Below are positions 1 to 11,860 of a stretch of DNA of 64,000 nucleotides, piece by piece (positions within the stretch are counted from its first letter, which is position 1; each line of letters begins with the position of its first letter). The stretch comes from Camelus ferus. Its lineage: Eukaryota. The notes under the pieces were generated by a model. The model saw only the letters and a list, made by a program, of their open reading frames with translations. It did no database searches and was not told the origin of the DNA. The stretch is from positions 78,742,001-78,806,000 of the forward strand of contig NC_045696.1 of NCBI RefSeq assembly GCF_009834535.1. Reading direction: 5' to 3'. The translations under genes and the position numbers were made by a program.

Positions 1-631
1 TGGATTTGGATAGTGGCAAAGATTTGGATTGTAAGGCAAAAAGAACACCAATTGCTAGTCCCAGCTTGGTCTCATTTGAGTCAGACCTATATGAGTTTGA
101 GCAAGTCATTTAATACTTCTTTGTAACTGAAAAGGGCTAAACTAGGTTATCTCTTAAAGTAACTAATTATACCTCTAAGAATAAGAATAATGTTCTCTAG
201 AGAATAAATTAAATGTAAAAATAGTGTTAACTTTTGTATCCCAACATTGTGTTTCCTTGTTTTACTTTTATTAGTTATATATTCCAAAAAGGATGTGATG
301 TGGGTTCCAAGGAAGGACACATAAAATGAGACTATTATAACAAGAAACTGATGCTCTAAAAATATTATACTTCTTTATTCAAGTTTTTCAACTTCATTTT
401 TCATACTCACATGTTCACTATCAGTAGAAGAAACAAAGAGTGAACTGAAAATGGAGTAGCTAAGTAAACTTTTGAAAAAGCTAATTCTAAATATGTCATA
501 AGCTACTGCTACCTAATAATATTAGCATCAAACCATCATCTCTCTAGTCTAATAAAATATAAATCAGAGTCTCGGATAAAGACATAGTTTTGTGAATTAA
601 AAAACACACACAAGACAAAACACTGTCTTAC

Positions 632-680
632 CTTCCAGGGATTGTTTTATTTCCTCATCCCTCCAAGTACAACAAAAGCT
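632..680 (-). other. Candidate 49-nt internal exon of the minus-strand gene (5' UTR or early coding)
   Basis: Minus-strand acceptor cttgatttgcctttcacAG| and donor GAAG|GTAAGA flank 49 nt of non-repeat sequence, in the same orientation as the CpG-island first exons. Confidence 0.65.
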
Positions 681-1679
681 CTGTGAAAGGCAAATCAAGA
701 TATACTTCAGTTTCTCTCAGCAAAGAACAGCTTTCAGTGTTTATTGAACTTAACTGAATTCTAGGCCCAAATGGTCTAGTCATCTATTATCACTATAAAA
801 ATTCCTTATTTCCTAGATCTGTCCAAAACCATGTTTCAGACCATGTATCTCAATATTTCTTTTGGGGGAAAAGCCTGACCAGGTTGATTTTTCTATTTCT
901 CTACTTTTCCTCATGCCATCCCTACCGTGCAGCATAACTTGGTGCCATTAAGTGTCCCAAGAAGTGAACATGGACCCAGTAGATGGCATTCTGGAGACCA
1001 ACATGTGACCCATTTATAATTAAGTTCAGCTGCAATTCTGTTATTGACCCTCACTCATTCCTGTTTAGCTCCACCTGCTTAATACAAGTCTTGGAACATC
1101 TTTTATACTTTCAAGGCTTCTGCTTCTTTACTCATAAAATTCTTATCTATTTACATCAAGTGTCTTTGGGGACTATCTCAAAACAGACTTCCCCGTAGGA
1201 CCCTAAGAGTCATCATCCTCCTCATTCCTGCCCAGCTTACCCACCCTCTCCCAAACACACACACACACCCACAAAATGTGTCTGCTAATCTCCTTTGTAA
1301 TCTTGAAAAGGGGCAACATCTGGCTTTACTGGATATTAGAGTTTCAGGTAAAGTAAATCTTCACTTTCTATTAATCTATATTTTCCTTTCAGTACATCAG
1401 CTTGCTTAAGCAGCAAAAGGCAGTGAAGTGATAAAATGAAGTTGTATCTTCAACCCCTAATCACACCTGATGTGAGCCTAGGCAACTTCTGTGTGCCTGG
1501 CAAGGCTAGGTATAGAGCACACTTATGAGTCTATAATCTATTTGGGGAAGAATATCTTCTCATGGGAGGTGCAGGTGGAATTTGGGAGTAGCTTTGGTTT
1601 GGGCTATTATGTTACAGCACATTAGAGAGTACTTAGCTTGTCTCATGAAGAGAAATTCATTTAGTAAGTTTAATAAGAG

Positions 1680-2240
1680 AAATTCATTTAATAAGTACAT
1701 TCTGGGCACCATAATGACAGGCGAGTAAGGAGGCAAAGATTTAAAGACATTGTCTGCTCATATGACAAAAAAACATGGAGGAGAGAGAATGAATATACAT
1801 TGAAAATGATGCTAATAAAAGCAGCCATGTATACAGGGGAATACGAGGCCACAGTGGAGGGAGTGTGACTGGCTCTAGAGGAAAGGGTTGGGGACATTCA
1901 CAAAAAAGATATATTACTGGCTATATGGGCATTTATATAAGGGAGAAATACATTCCAGGAAGAGTGTCCACATGTGTGGAAAGATGAAAGATAAAAGGCA
2001 GGTTACTTATATCACAAACATGAAAAAAAAAAAAAAAAGCATGTTTAGGATCTTATCCTATCAGAAGATGAGGATGGAGTCTTTAATGGAGGCCAGATTA
2101 TAATGGGCCTTGTTCAGAGTATAGTGGGCTAAGAAGTTTAGGTTCATCTCACAGGCAGTGAGGGGCCACCAGGGACTCTTAAGCAGAGGAGTGATGGTAT
2201 TAAATGATCAGATATCAAACACCTACTGGTAGATGGTGAC
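1680..2240 (-). mobile_element. Ancient L2 LINE fragment
   Basis: Degraded L2 antisense motifs, e.g. ggccagattataatgggccttg and ttaagcagaggagtgatgg. Confidence 0.6.
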
Positions 2241-2439
2241 TTGTAAAATCTTCCCAGTCTTTCACCACCAAGGAAATCCCCTCAGTAATTTTTCTTTGGG
2301 AAAGAAAAGCCCCTTATTGTTTGGCAAAGAAAACAGGATGAAATGGTTTGATCCTAACCCATATCTGATCTTTTCCAGGTCCCCTTCCTCATGTGTGTGG
2401 AGAATGAGAAAATGGTGAAAAGAAAAGAAATTACATTTT

Positions 2440-2640
2440 ATTACGTATTAGGTACCAGGAAACATGCCAGGTGCTTCACACACATTATTATCAGATTTAA
2501 CTCCAGCCTTCTAAGGTAGGTAAAATTATTCCCATTTTAGAAAGGAAAAAGTAGAGGCCAAGCAAGTTGTCAGAAATCAGAGTAATAGAATACCTAGGTG
2601 AAAAACTAGGATTTAAACCCAGACTCAACTAACTTCAAAG
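2440..2640 (-). mobile_element. MIR SINE
   Basis: Reversed MIR core: aaggtaggtaaaattattcccattttagaaaggaaaaagtagaggc...ctaggatttaaacccag. Confidence 0.7.
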
Positions 2641-4667
2641 ATACTCAAGTAGGATAATGTAGCTTCTCCATATGCCACCTTAATTTATTCTTACAATAAT
2701 CATTTTATAAATAAATAACTTAAAATTCTGAAAGGTGGTCATACATATAAGTGGGTCAAGGAGGAGATGAGATGCAAAAGATAGACAAGGCAAACGTCCT
2801 AGAAACATTTTTAACTGCTTAAAGGTGAGCTACTGAAACACAGATACCAAACTAACAAGACCTTCCTTAATCCTTCCACTATCCTTAGCGTTGCATTAGT
2901 GAACAATGTTTATTGGTTACAATGCTATTTTTGTCTATATTAAAGTGAAAGAATAGCTATGTAGACAAAAACGTATGTTATGAAAATGTGTAAAGATTTC
3001 TTTTCACTACCCCCCAAAATATGTAAACCAAAAAGAAGACATGAGAAATAGAGCAATTCTTTAAATAATCAGGGAGACAGAAACTAATATAATGGTAAGT
3101 CCTTTTTTAAAATCAAACATTAATTTACAGGTTTTGTAACTACTTTGTCCTACACACATTGTGACGGGTTTTTTTGGTCATAAAAATGCTTAGAGGAGTT
3201 CAAATTGGATACATACTAAGAAAATGACTAAATTATAATACAAACATATCAAATTTCTATTATGTAGTTTTTTGCTTGCTTTAAAATTGAATTCTTGGTA
3301 ACAATGATATGAAATATCACACAATTAGATTTTTATATTTGATACTGAACAAATAAGAGAACAGCTGCTTTTTTTTATAGATATATACCAGGCAGCAATG
3401 AAGTGAAGAGCAACTTTCTCCATTCAAGGGGAGAACTGGTCATGATGAGTCACCTGAATCTCACTAATGTCACTGTAGCTATATTGGCAATAAATTAAAC
3501 CCTCAGTACTAGCAGATTCCATACTAACATTCTCAAATTGAGGTTGATACAGAGGTTAGAGAGAGATGGCAGCATACCATGTTATTCTTCGTAAAAGTAA
3601 AAACCAAGCCACCCTTCCTTTCTGTACATACACAATATCATTTTTTAAATTAACTTTAAAAATGTTCAATATTTAATAACCATTAAAATCGATTTTTTTC
3701 ATTCTGAGTGAAAATAAGGATATAGAGGAAAATTACATCATTTTCACTGGTAGAACAGGATAAAATATATTTAACAAGATGAACATCCTCATTCTCTGCC
3801 TTGTCCTTTCTATGCACTCAACTCAAAGTTAGTAAAGCAAATGAAAAATATATATATATATATACATACATATATATTGCTGTCTTCACCTTGGAAAATT
3901 AAGATGGAACATAATGAAGATGAAAATGATCTGGACCTAACGTTTAAATATCACTACAATAATAATATTATGAGGATTATTCAGATAGCACAGTAAAAAC
4001 TTAGGAGACAGGAATTCTTTCTTTTCTTCAGATAACCTAAAAAGAATGGGAAAGGACTAATGGAGAAGCAGCTATTACTAATTAGAGCACAAAGTTTCAA
4101 TACTATCTCCCAAACTCCAAAAAACACTTTATTGCTTGTAGAGCTGGAAGATAGCTATTTCATATATTCAAGATCACAAATTTTCAAATGATGAAGCTAC
4201 TAAAACTATTATCTATGAAAACTGTGCTTTAACAATACATTTACACTGTTCATATGACAATATGTGAGAATAAAATCCTAGATCATAATTGCTGGAAATA
4301 CTTCTGAGGAAATCTATCAAGAAGGATATCTGAGGCCCTAGTAACAGAATAATTATCCTCATATGATATTGACTAAACAAAATAAGAAAGTGAGTGATCT
4401 TGATGTAATTGTAGATATCAATACCTGTAAAACCAAGCATGGCACAATGTCATTTAACAGCACTTTTGATAATGCTGAAATGTTATTTTCCTCCAACTCT
4501 GGGTTCCTCAGAAAGATACAAGATTGTTTGAGTACTTAAAACCTTCAACAAGATTCCTCTTTCTATTTGCTCCCCCATTTTTTTTTTAAGTCCTGTCTGG
4601 ACAATTCCAGCACACATGCAAGAATCAGTCATAGCGATGGAACCATATGACATCACCAGGGCCTTAC

Positions 4668-4797
4668 CTTCAGGCACATGAATGGAATATCTAACCTCCC
4701 AAAACAAGTTTTTGAAGAAAACTTGAGTTTGAGCCTTCCAAAAAGTCTTTCACAAATAATTTTATCTGTTAAAACCATTTTGACTATTGAAGCCTTC
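4668..4797 (-). other. Candidate internal exon (~130 nt; acceptor uncertain)
   Basis: Strong minus-strand donor GAAG|GTAAGG at 4668/4667. Acceptor tactgcAG| at 4798 is weak; alternative exon starts are 4765, 4852 or 4873. Contains a strong-context ATG (aaaATGg, 4778) that stays open to the donor. Confidence 0.45.
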
Positions 4798-4952
4798 CTG
4801 CAGTATAATAATATTGCATCTTTTTCTTACGTAGCCCAAAATACAAAACAATCTAGCATTTGTATAAAAATATCTCAAAAATTAGAAGAAAGAAAGTGAC
4901 TGATTCCTTTACTAGATTAAATATCCCTGACTTTTTTTAGTATCTCTTTTGC

Positions 4953-5215
4953 AGGGCACTGTAAGAGGGATCTTTGTGGTGATAAAATAGTTCTGTATCT
5001 TGCTAGTGGTGGTAACTGCATGAATCTACATGAGGTAAAATGACACAGAACTATACGCACAAGTTGCACCAATGGCCACTTTCTGTTTTGATTTCATACT
5101 CTAGCTGTATAAGATATAACCAATGCGTGAACTGGGTAAAGGGAATGCACTATCTGCACTATTTTTGCAAATTCTTGAGTATCCATAGTTTCAAGATAAA
5201 AAGTAAAAAAAAAAG
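4953..5215 (+). mobile_element. Old L1 (L1MC/L1MD-like) 3' end with A-tail
   Basis: gagggatctttgtggtgataaaatagttctgtatcttg...gggtaaagggaatgcac...tatttttgcaa...aaaagtaaaaaaaaaa matches the L1M 3' UTR pattern. Confidence 0.75.
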
Positions 5216-5662
5216 CGGGGGGTGGGGGAAGCTTCTCACAGAAATCATAATATCTCAATGCCAAGATTATAGGAGGAAAACTATAAGATTAAAGAGGAAA
5301 ATCATTCTTGTAAATCTAAAAGATCAGTATGTGTAAATATCAGAAAAGCAAGTAAACCAAAGCAGGTGGAAAACGGTTATAATCTGAGTATTAGATAGGA
5401 CTGCATATAAGCTTACTCTGAATATAAGCTTAATGGGACTAAACATGATGGGAATATGACAACAAAATTACCTATCTGCATGTCAACCTGTGTTCTTTCC
5501 TGGGGTCTGAAAACATATTCTATAGAGACTTACCACAAGCAAGAAATTATTTTGAAGTCTTGAATTTTATTTTAAAAAGTGTGTATTTTGCGCTGGATGC
5601 CATATTCACATTCTTTTATAATTTTAAACATTTACCAGCTAAGTGACTTAACTACTTTCTCC

Positions 5663-5693
<31 letters not shown>

Positions 5694-8236
5694 AGTATAT
5701 TTGACATTCCAAGAAGACAGCCATGTTTATCCAAGTCTTCCAACATAGTTCAGAGTACCCCAGTTAGGAATCATATGCTTATTTTCCAGCTTCAGGGTGG
5801 TGACTAACAAATCATTTAGGCTAGCCTATTGTACGGCAGCCACTAGACTACCTTGGCGACGAGGCTATTCTTCAGAAAATTCTTAGAAGACGGATAACTG
5901 CTAGCCCTCTATGATTTCAGCTATGGTTTACTGGAAAAGGACTTATCCTAAGAGCCATGAACCTCCTTTAAACAGAGCCTTCCTGGGAAATATCACTCCC
6001 ACACTGTTTCGTCTCAACAAGAAGCAGTGAAGCCTTGAGGTATTTGCATAAACATACACACCTAAGACTAGGCTTCCTGCATAATTAGCAGCTATTTTGC
6101 TTGAAAATACCTGGTTTTTAAAGTTTTCTAGGAATTTAGCAAAATTAAACTTAGGAAAAGGGTCCAGACTACAAGCCTTTGTAAGTTGTTCCCAATCAGA
6201 TTCATACCACTTAAGAATGTCGAATAAGGGATGTTTTTTATCACCTAAATGTAATTAAAAATTTGAAACTGACTTCTACGACCAGCATTTCATGAAAGTG
6301 TTACAATGCACCAGAAGGTGTTTACTTAAGTTTGAGCACACTGTGAGAGTTCTGAAGCCTAGTAGGGAATATGTTTCAGGTTTAGTTCAGAAAAGCTGAA
6401 TGGTCGCCATTGGGAGCTGACTAGTCTGTAAGTGCTTTTTACAACCAGAAGATGCCCCAAGAAGTTGTGGAATCACTGAGTAGTGTGTTAAATTAAAAAT
6501 AAAAAAAATTTTAAAACCTCTACTATTTTACAGAGCAAGTATGATTTGTTTAAAAAGTGTTTCTGCTTTATGTTTTTTTTTCCCTCCAGTAAATGTAAAA
6601 AGATAAGGAGACCCAAAGTACATTTAGGAATATATTATTTGAGGTTATTTTACTACCGATAATAATTGGACTCAATGCACAGAAGTGAACACAGCCTATG
6701 TAGAGTTATAAATTTACCAACAGATAAGGCTGGACATAATAAATATAATAAATAATATTATATAATAAAGTTTTAAAACTGAATAAGTTCATTAATAATT
6801 TTCTACGAGAAGACTGTAAAAAAGCAAAAAGTCACCTGTAATATAGAAAATATTTATGTATGGCATTGTACACAATGGAAAAGTCAAAAAGTATAGAATT
6901 TTCATTATCTGTTCTTAAAAGGATTCATAACTCTTCTAACCTTTTTCATGACTAAACATCTAAAAAATAAAATATCTGTAATATACTTCTAACCAAACTT
7001 TGGTAATTAATAATGAGAGCAAATCCCATTATGATTAAAACCCAACTTTTTAAAAATTGAAATCACACTTATAAACCAGTTGTTGGGGGAAATTATGCTA
7101 GCTCAAAATACAAGGTTTCTATGAAAGATAAATCACCTTTCTTATCCGAACTGCTCAGATCAAAATGTCAAAACAATTAAATTACAATTTTGTCTGACAT
7201 CAACATTCCATGCAGCAGTGCAAAACAGACAACCCTGATTTCAGGCATACTGTTTGCTTTTAACTGGCAAACAAATTGAGCAATGAATCAAACTTTACTA
7301 AAGAAACCATGAGGCATACTGCCAGATCACAGAGGTCAAGGAATTCATCAAGACTCACTTTCTATACAACTGTATGCATTTGTCTAAGGGAGAAAAAAAA
7401 ATCATCCATTCTCTCATCAAATACAACAATACACTAACATAAGGACAGATATTTCACTGCCTCCACATCAAATATGACCACAAATCACACATAAAATGAA
7501 TCATATTGTTTTTATAGTTATACGGGCATGCTTATATTCTTGTATATACATATCTGTACATGTGTCCATGTGTATAGAGAGAAAAAAGGGAGCTTAAATT
7601 CTTGTCCTTACAAGCCTAGTTCCTCCATGCCACTATCTCATCTACATCTTTGAATGTACCATGTAAAAAAATACACCATGATATTTTTGAGTTGTAAGAA
7701 GCCCTGCAATGATCTTGAGCTACCTCTTCACTTTTCATTTAAAAAAAAAAGAAAAGAAAGAAAGAAAGAAAAAGAACAAAAGAACTGGGACTAGAACTCT
7801 GGGCCTGAGACCCCTAATCTTTTGTGTCAGTCATGTCATACACTAAAGATATGGACTCCTGAGAACTGGTAAATACTGTGGGAAGAAACAACACAATAAG
7901 CTCCTATTGATATCATTTTATATCTACTTACTTTTTAAGCAAAACGTTCTGCTTTCAAAAATCCACTGAGGCTTCATGAGAAAAAAATGATGCACCAGAT
8001 TTTTCTATCCAGGCATATCTGGATTTCATACACTATTCAACTGTAATGCACATTTAGGATTAGTCAGCATCCTAAAACCTTTACATTTATAATCACCCTA
8101 CAGAACAAGTGCAAATCATTGACTTATGAATTTTCATTCTCTGGTTGACTAAATTCTTTTTCACATTTTTTCATATAATTTTTCTATGTATCTAAAGAGA
8201 ATGCATCATTATAATTAAGGATATGAATGCTGTAAC

Positions 8237-8435
8237 AGGACTGCCTCACTCCACTACTTACTACCATGTAACCTTGGGCAAGTTAACTCAACCACCTTAT
8301 GCCTTAGTTTCATTTGCAGAAATAACAGAACTCACATGATAGGGTTTTGGTGCAGATTAAATGAGTTAGCACATGCAAACCAAAACAACAGCGCTGGCTG
8401 TTAGTAAATGCTCAAAAGATATTACCTATTATTAC
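8237..8435 (+). mobile_element. MIR SINE
   Basis: accttgggcaagttaactc...gccttagtttcatttg...agattaaatgagttagcacatgcaa...tagtaaatgctcaaaa. Confidence 0.8.
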
Positions 8436-8499
8436 TAATTTTTAGTCAGCTAATAGATTAACATATTGGAACTAAAAGAATATCAGAGATCACGTAGGA

Positions 8500-8708
8500 C
8501 AGGACTTGGCAAGCATTTTGTAAAGGGCCTGACAATAAATATTTTCGGCTTCTCCAGCCATACAGTCTCTGCCTCAACTACAAAACTCTATGGCAAACAC
8601 AGACACAGACAATAAACTGAGGGATGCAGTTGTGTTCCAATAATACCCTACTTATAAATACAGGTAGCAGGCTGAATGTGGCCTGAGGCCAATGTCTACA
8701 GCCTCCTC
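8500..8708. mobile_element. hAT-Charlie MITE, MER58A-like, inserted in a MIR remnant
   Basis: Starts caggacttggcaagc...tgtaaagggcctgacaataaatatttt and contains tgtgttccaataa. Flanks acgtagga / atgtagaa match 6/8, consistent with an 8-bp hAT TSD. Confidence 0.8.
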
Positions 8709-10795
8709 ATGTAGAAAACAACCACACTCTACCGAGAAAGTGAAGAACAGAGAGATGAATTGAGTAACAGAAAGTCAGCCAGCAAGCCACTGGCAGGTAC
8801 AGAATTAGAAGCAAGAACTCCACAATTAATTCAGTTCAATGTTCTTTCTACCTTTCCATATAGGACAAGCTCCATGACATCTTCCTTTGCTGATCTACAA
8901 ACAGAAACAATCTCTCCCTTTTCTACTCTCCCACAACATACAAGATCAGCAGAAAATCAAGAGATTTTGAAGGGAGATGAGTACACTAGGGTTCATCATC
9001 CTATTCGCTCTACTTTTAAGTGTCTGATAATTTCCACAATAAACTAAAAAAAAAAAAAAAAAACTCTCAAAGCACCCAGTACTCTTCACATGGCATTTAT
9101 CAATTCTCTCAAAACATCTGTGTATGTTCTTTTCTTTTTTTCTCTCCCAGAAATGGTAATTTGAAGGCAGGGATCATGTCATTTGCATCTTGGTATCACC
9201 ATCTCCTGCCAAGACCTCACACAAAACCCTATTTCATAATTACAATTCAATAAACAAGTGGTTCCTAAACAACTGAAGGAAAGGCATCTCAAACAAGGTA
9301 CTACTTACAACTGCAAAATTCTCTCCATCTTGTCAAATGGCTCTGTATCTACAAGCAATGTTGTCAAAATGTCCTTTACCTACCCCCAATTTGTTGCCAA
9401 TCTGGTCTTCATTATATCATTTTCAAAATCCAACTGAAATCTATTTTTAGCTAACATAATACCACCTCTCTACAAGTAGATTCAAGAGCAACAACACTGT
9501 TTTCTATTAAATCACACTTGGTACTTAAAAAGTAAACTGTCTCCTTGATATGGTAATAATGGTCTTAGAACATTACTACAGTTATCCAGCAGCATTGGCC
9601 GTAGATTCAATTTTTTTACTCTCCTCATCATAGACTTTCCCAAATGACATGATATAATCTTGCTTATTTTATTTACTTCTTCACCTCTAACTTTATAATC
9701 TCAACTTCCTTTCCAAGTCTTCTCCCAAACAGAACTCAAGGCAAAAATTCCCCCCTTTTCTTTCCTCAACAAAACACAAAGTTCTTTGCTTCAAGAAATT
9801 CTCAGAATCTCAAAGTATTTTCTCACCAAGTATATCTCAGATCAAATAGGAAAAGAGGTAAAAGTTCCTACAGATTTCTCATCCACTATATGCCACACGA
9901 CACAGTAAGAGAAGGAATCCAAAGAGAACCACCACACAACCCCACCTGCATCTGTGTCCACACAGTCTCTCTTCTCTTATTACTATAGATAAATTGCCCA
10001 TAACCATAGAAACAGATAACCTCTCCTGTTGCATCCTCCCAAACACACTTAAGAATACTATTCCTCCATCTCTTCTGCACTGTCAATTTTCCACCTCCAT
10101 TGGCTCTTTCTCACAAAAATATCAATATCCCATGGTTTTGTACATCTTTTAAAACTCTTTACAGAACATAGCCCTCCAATTAATGATCTATTTCTCTCCC
10201 TTTCTTTTCAATAAAAATCTTCAAGGGATGTACTCTATCACCCTCTTTAATGTCTCTTTTTCTACTACTCTGTCAAACATTCCAAACAAGCCTTCACCAC
10301 CTACAGCTCCATGGAAACTGATACCTTCAAGGTCATCAGTGATTTCCTTGGCTAAATCAATTCTCAATCCTCATCTTTAAAATAGCTGACAAGCCCCTTA
10401 CTTCTTCAAACACTTCCTTCATTTGGCTTCCATGTTTCCACGCTCTCCTACTCTTCCTCTTGCCCAGCATACAGCTCTTTTTCAGAATCTTTTGCTGGTT
10501 GCTCCTCACCACATCATGTTGGAGGGCTCCAAGGCTCAGTCCTCGATCCTCTTGTTTTCTAACCCCACATATTTTTGATGGGCTTATCCAGTCTCTATGT
10601 ATACTGGAGAATCCGAAACACACATCGTTAGCTTGGCCTTCAGACTGCCTGCCTGACATCCCCACTTGGATATTTAAAATGCATCTAACCCTTAACATGT
10701 CCAAATCCAAATTCTTAATCCTCACCACCATGTCTTTTTACTGCTGTATCTTCTCTGTCTCAATAATAAGAAGTTTTATCTTTTCAGTTGCTTAA

Positions 10796-10878
10796 CACAT
10801 TGATCGCCCACTGTGGATCGAGTGCCCCGAGGAAACACAACTCTCCACTCAGATTTGGGTGATGTGGCGATCAACGTT
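10796..10878. mobile_element. 83-bp piggyBac-like MITE
   Basis: Left end CACATTGATCGCCCAC; right end reverse-complement AACGTTGATCGCCAC. Flanked by TTAA (10792-10795) and TTAG (10879-10882), and it cleanly interrupts the L2. Confidence 0.7.
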
Positions 10879-11477
10879 TTAGGCAATTAAGTTGTCCTTA
10901 ATTTCATTTGCTCTCACACTCTGTATCTAACCTGTCAGCAAATCCCATGGATTGTACTGTCAAAGTACATCCAGAATCTGAACTTTTCACCACCTCCACT
11001 TTTACCATCCTGGTCTAAGCTACCATCTCTGTCACATGGTTTATTATAATAGCTCAACTGACACCCTTTTTTCTGCCCTTATCTTTCTTCGATCTGTTCT
11101 CAACTCAGTAGCAAGAGTAATGGAATTAAACAGCTCTGTCAGACAGTTCTGATGAAAACACTCCGCAGCTTTCTATATCACTTCTAGTAAAAACCAGAGT
11201 TGTTACAATAGCTTACTAGACCATTTATTATTATCTACCCTCTATTTCATTTAAGGCCACATTCCCTTCTTTCCTCCTTCCTCTACTCCATTCCACCCAC
11301 ACTGGCTTCTTTGCTGATCCTTGCACACACGTTTGTAGGGCCTTTGCATTTTCTATTCTTTAAGCCTGGAAAACTCATACTTCAGCTATCATATGGCTCA
11401 ATCCCTCACCTGCTTCAAGTCTACTGAAATATCCCTTTCTCTGGAGGCCTTCCCTTACAATTCTATCTTGAACTGCT

Positions 11478-11480
<3 letters not shown>

Positions 11481-11511
<31 letters not shown>
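11481..11511. repeat. (CA)n microsatellite
   Basis: About 15 perfect CA units. Confidence 0.95.
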
Positions 11512-11513
<2 letters not shown>

Positions 11514-11545
11514 CTTCTTGCTATGTTTCTCCACAGCACTCATTA

Positions 11546-11860
11546 CAGGCACACCTCATTTTATTGCAATTCCCTTATTGCACTTCACAGATATTTTTTT
11601 TTAACAACTTGAAGGTTTATGGCAACCATATATTGTCAGATGATGATTAGCATTTTGCAGCAATAAAGTATTTTTAATCAAAGTATGTACATTGTTTTTT
11701 AGATATAATGCTATTGCACACTTATAGACTACAGTATAGCATAAATGTAATTTTCATATGCATTAAGAAACTAGGAAAAATTCATGTGACTTCCTTCATT
11801 GTGATACTCCCTTCATTGTGATGGTCTGGAACCAAATCCACAATATCTGAGGTATTCCTG
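11546..11860 (+). mobile_element. Tigger1 internal-deletion derivative (Tigger1a_Art-like), TcMar
   Basis: TA|caggcacacctcattttattgc ... ggtctggaaccaaatccacaatatctgaggtattcctg|TA: both Tigger1 termini plus TA TSD, 315 bp. Confidence 0.85.

Noticed and set aside
1648..1696. 22-bp direct repeat with 27-bp period (similar pairs at 12398-12428 and ~27540-27578)
   Set aside because: Only two copies and no unique spacers; these are ordinary local duplications, not a CRISPR-like array.
5667..5693. T27 run as the poly(A) tail of a retrocopy
   Set aside because: No upstream AATAAA on the minus strand, no TSD and no ORF.
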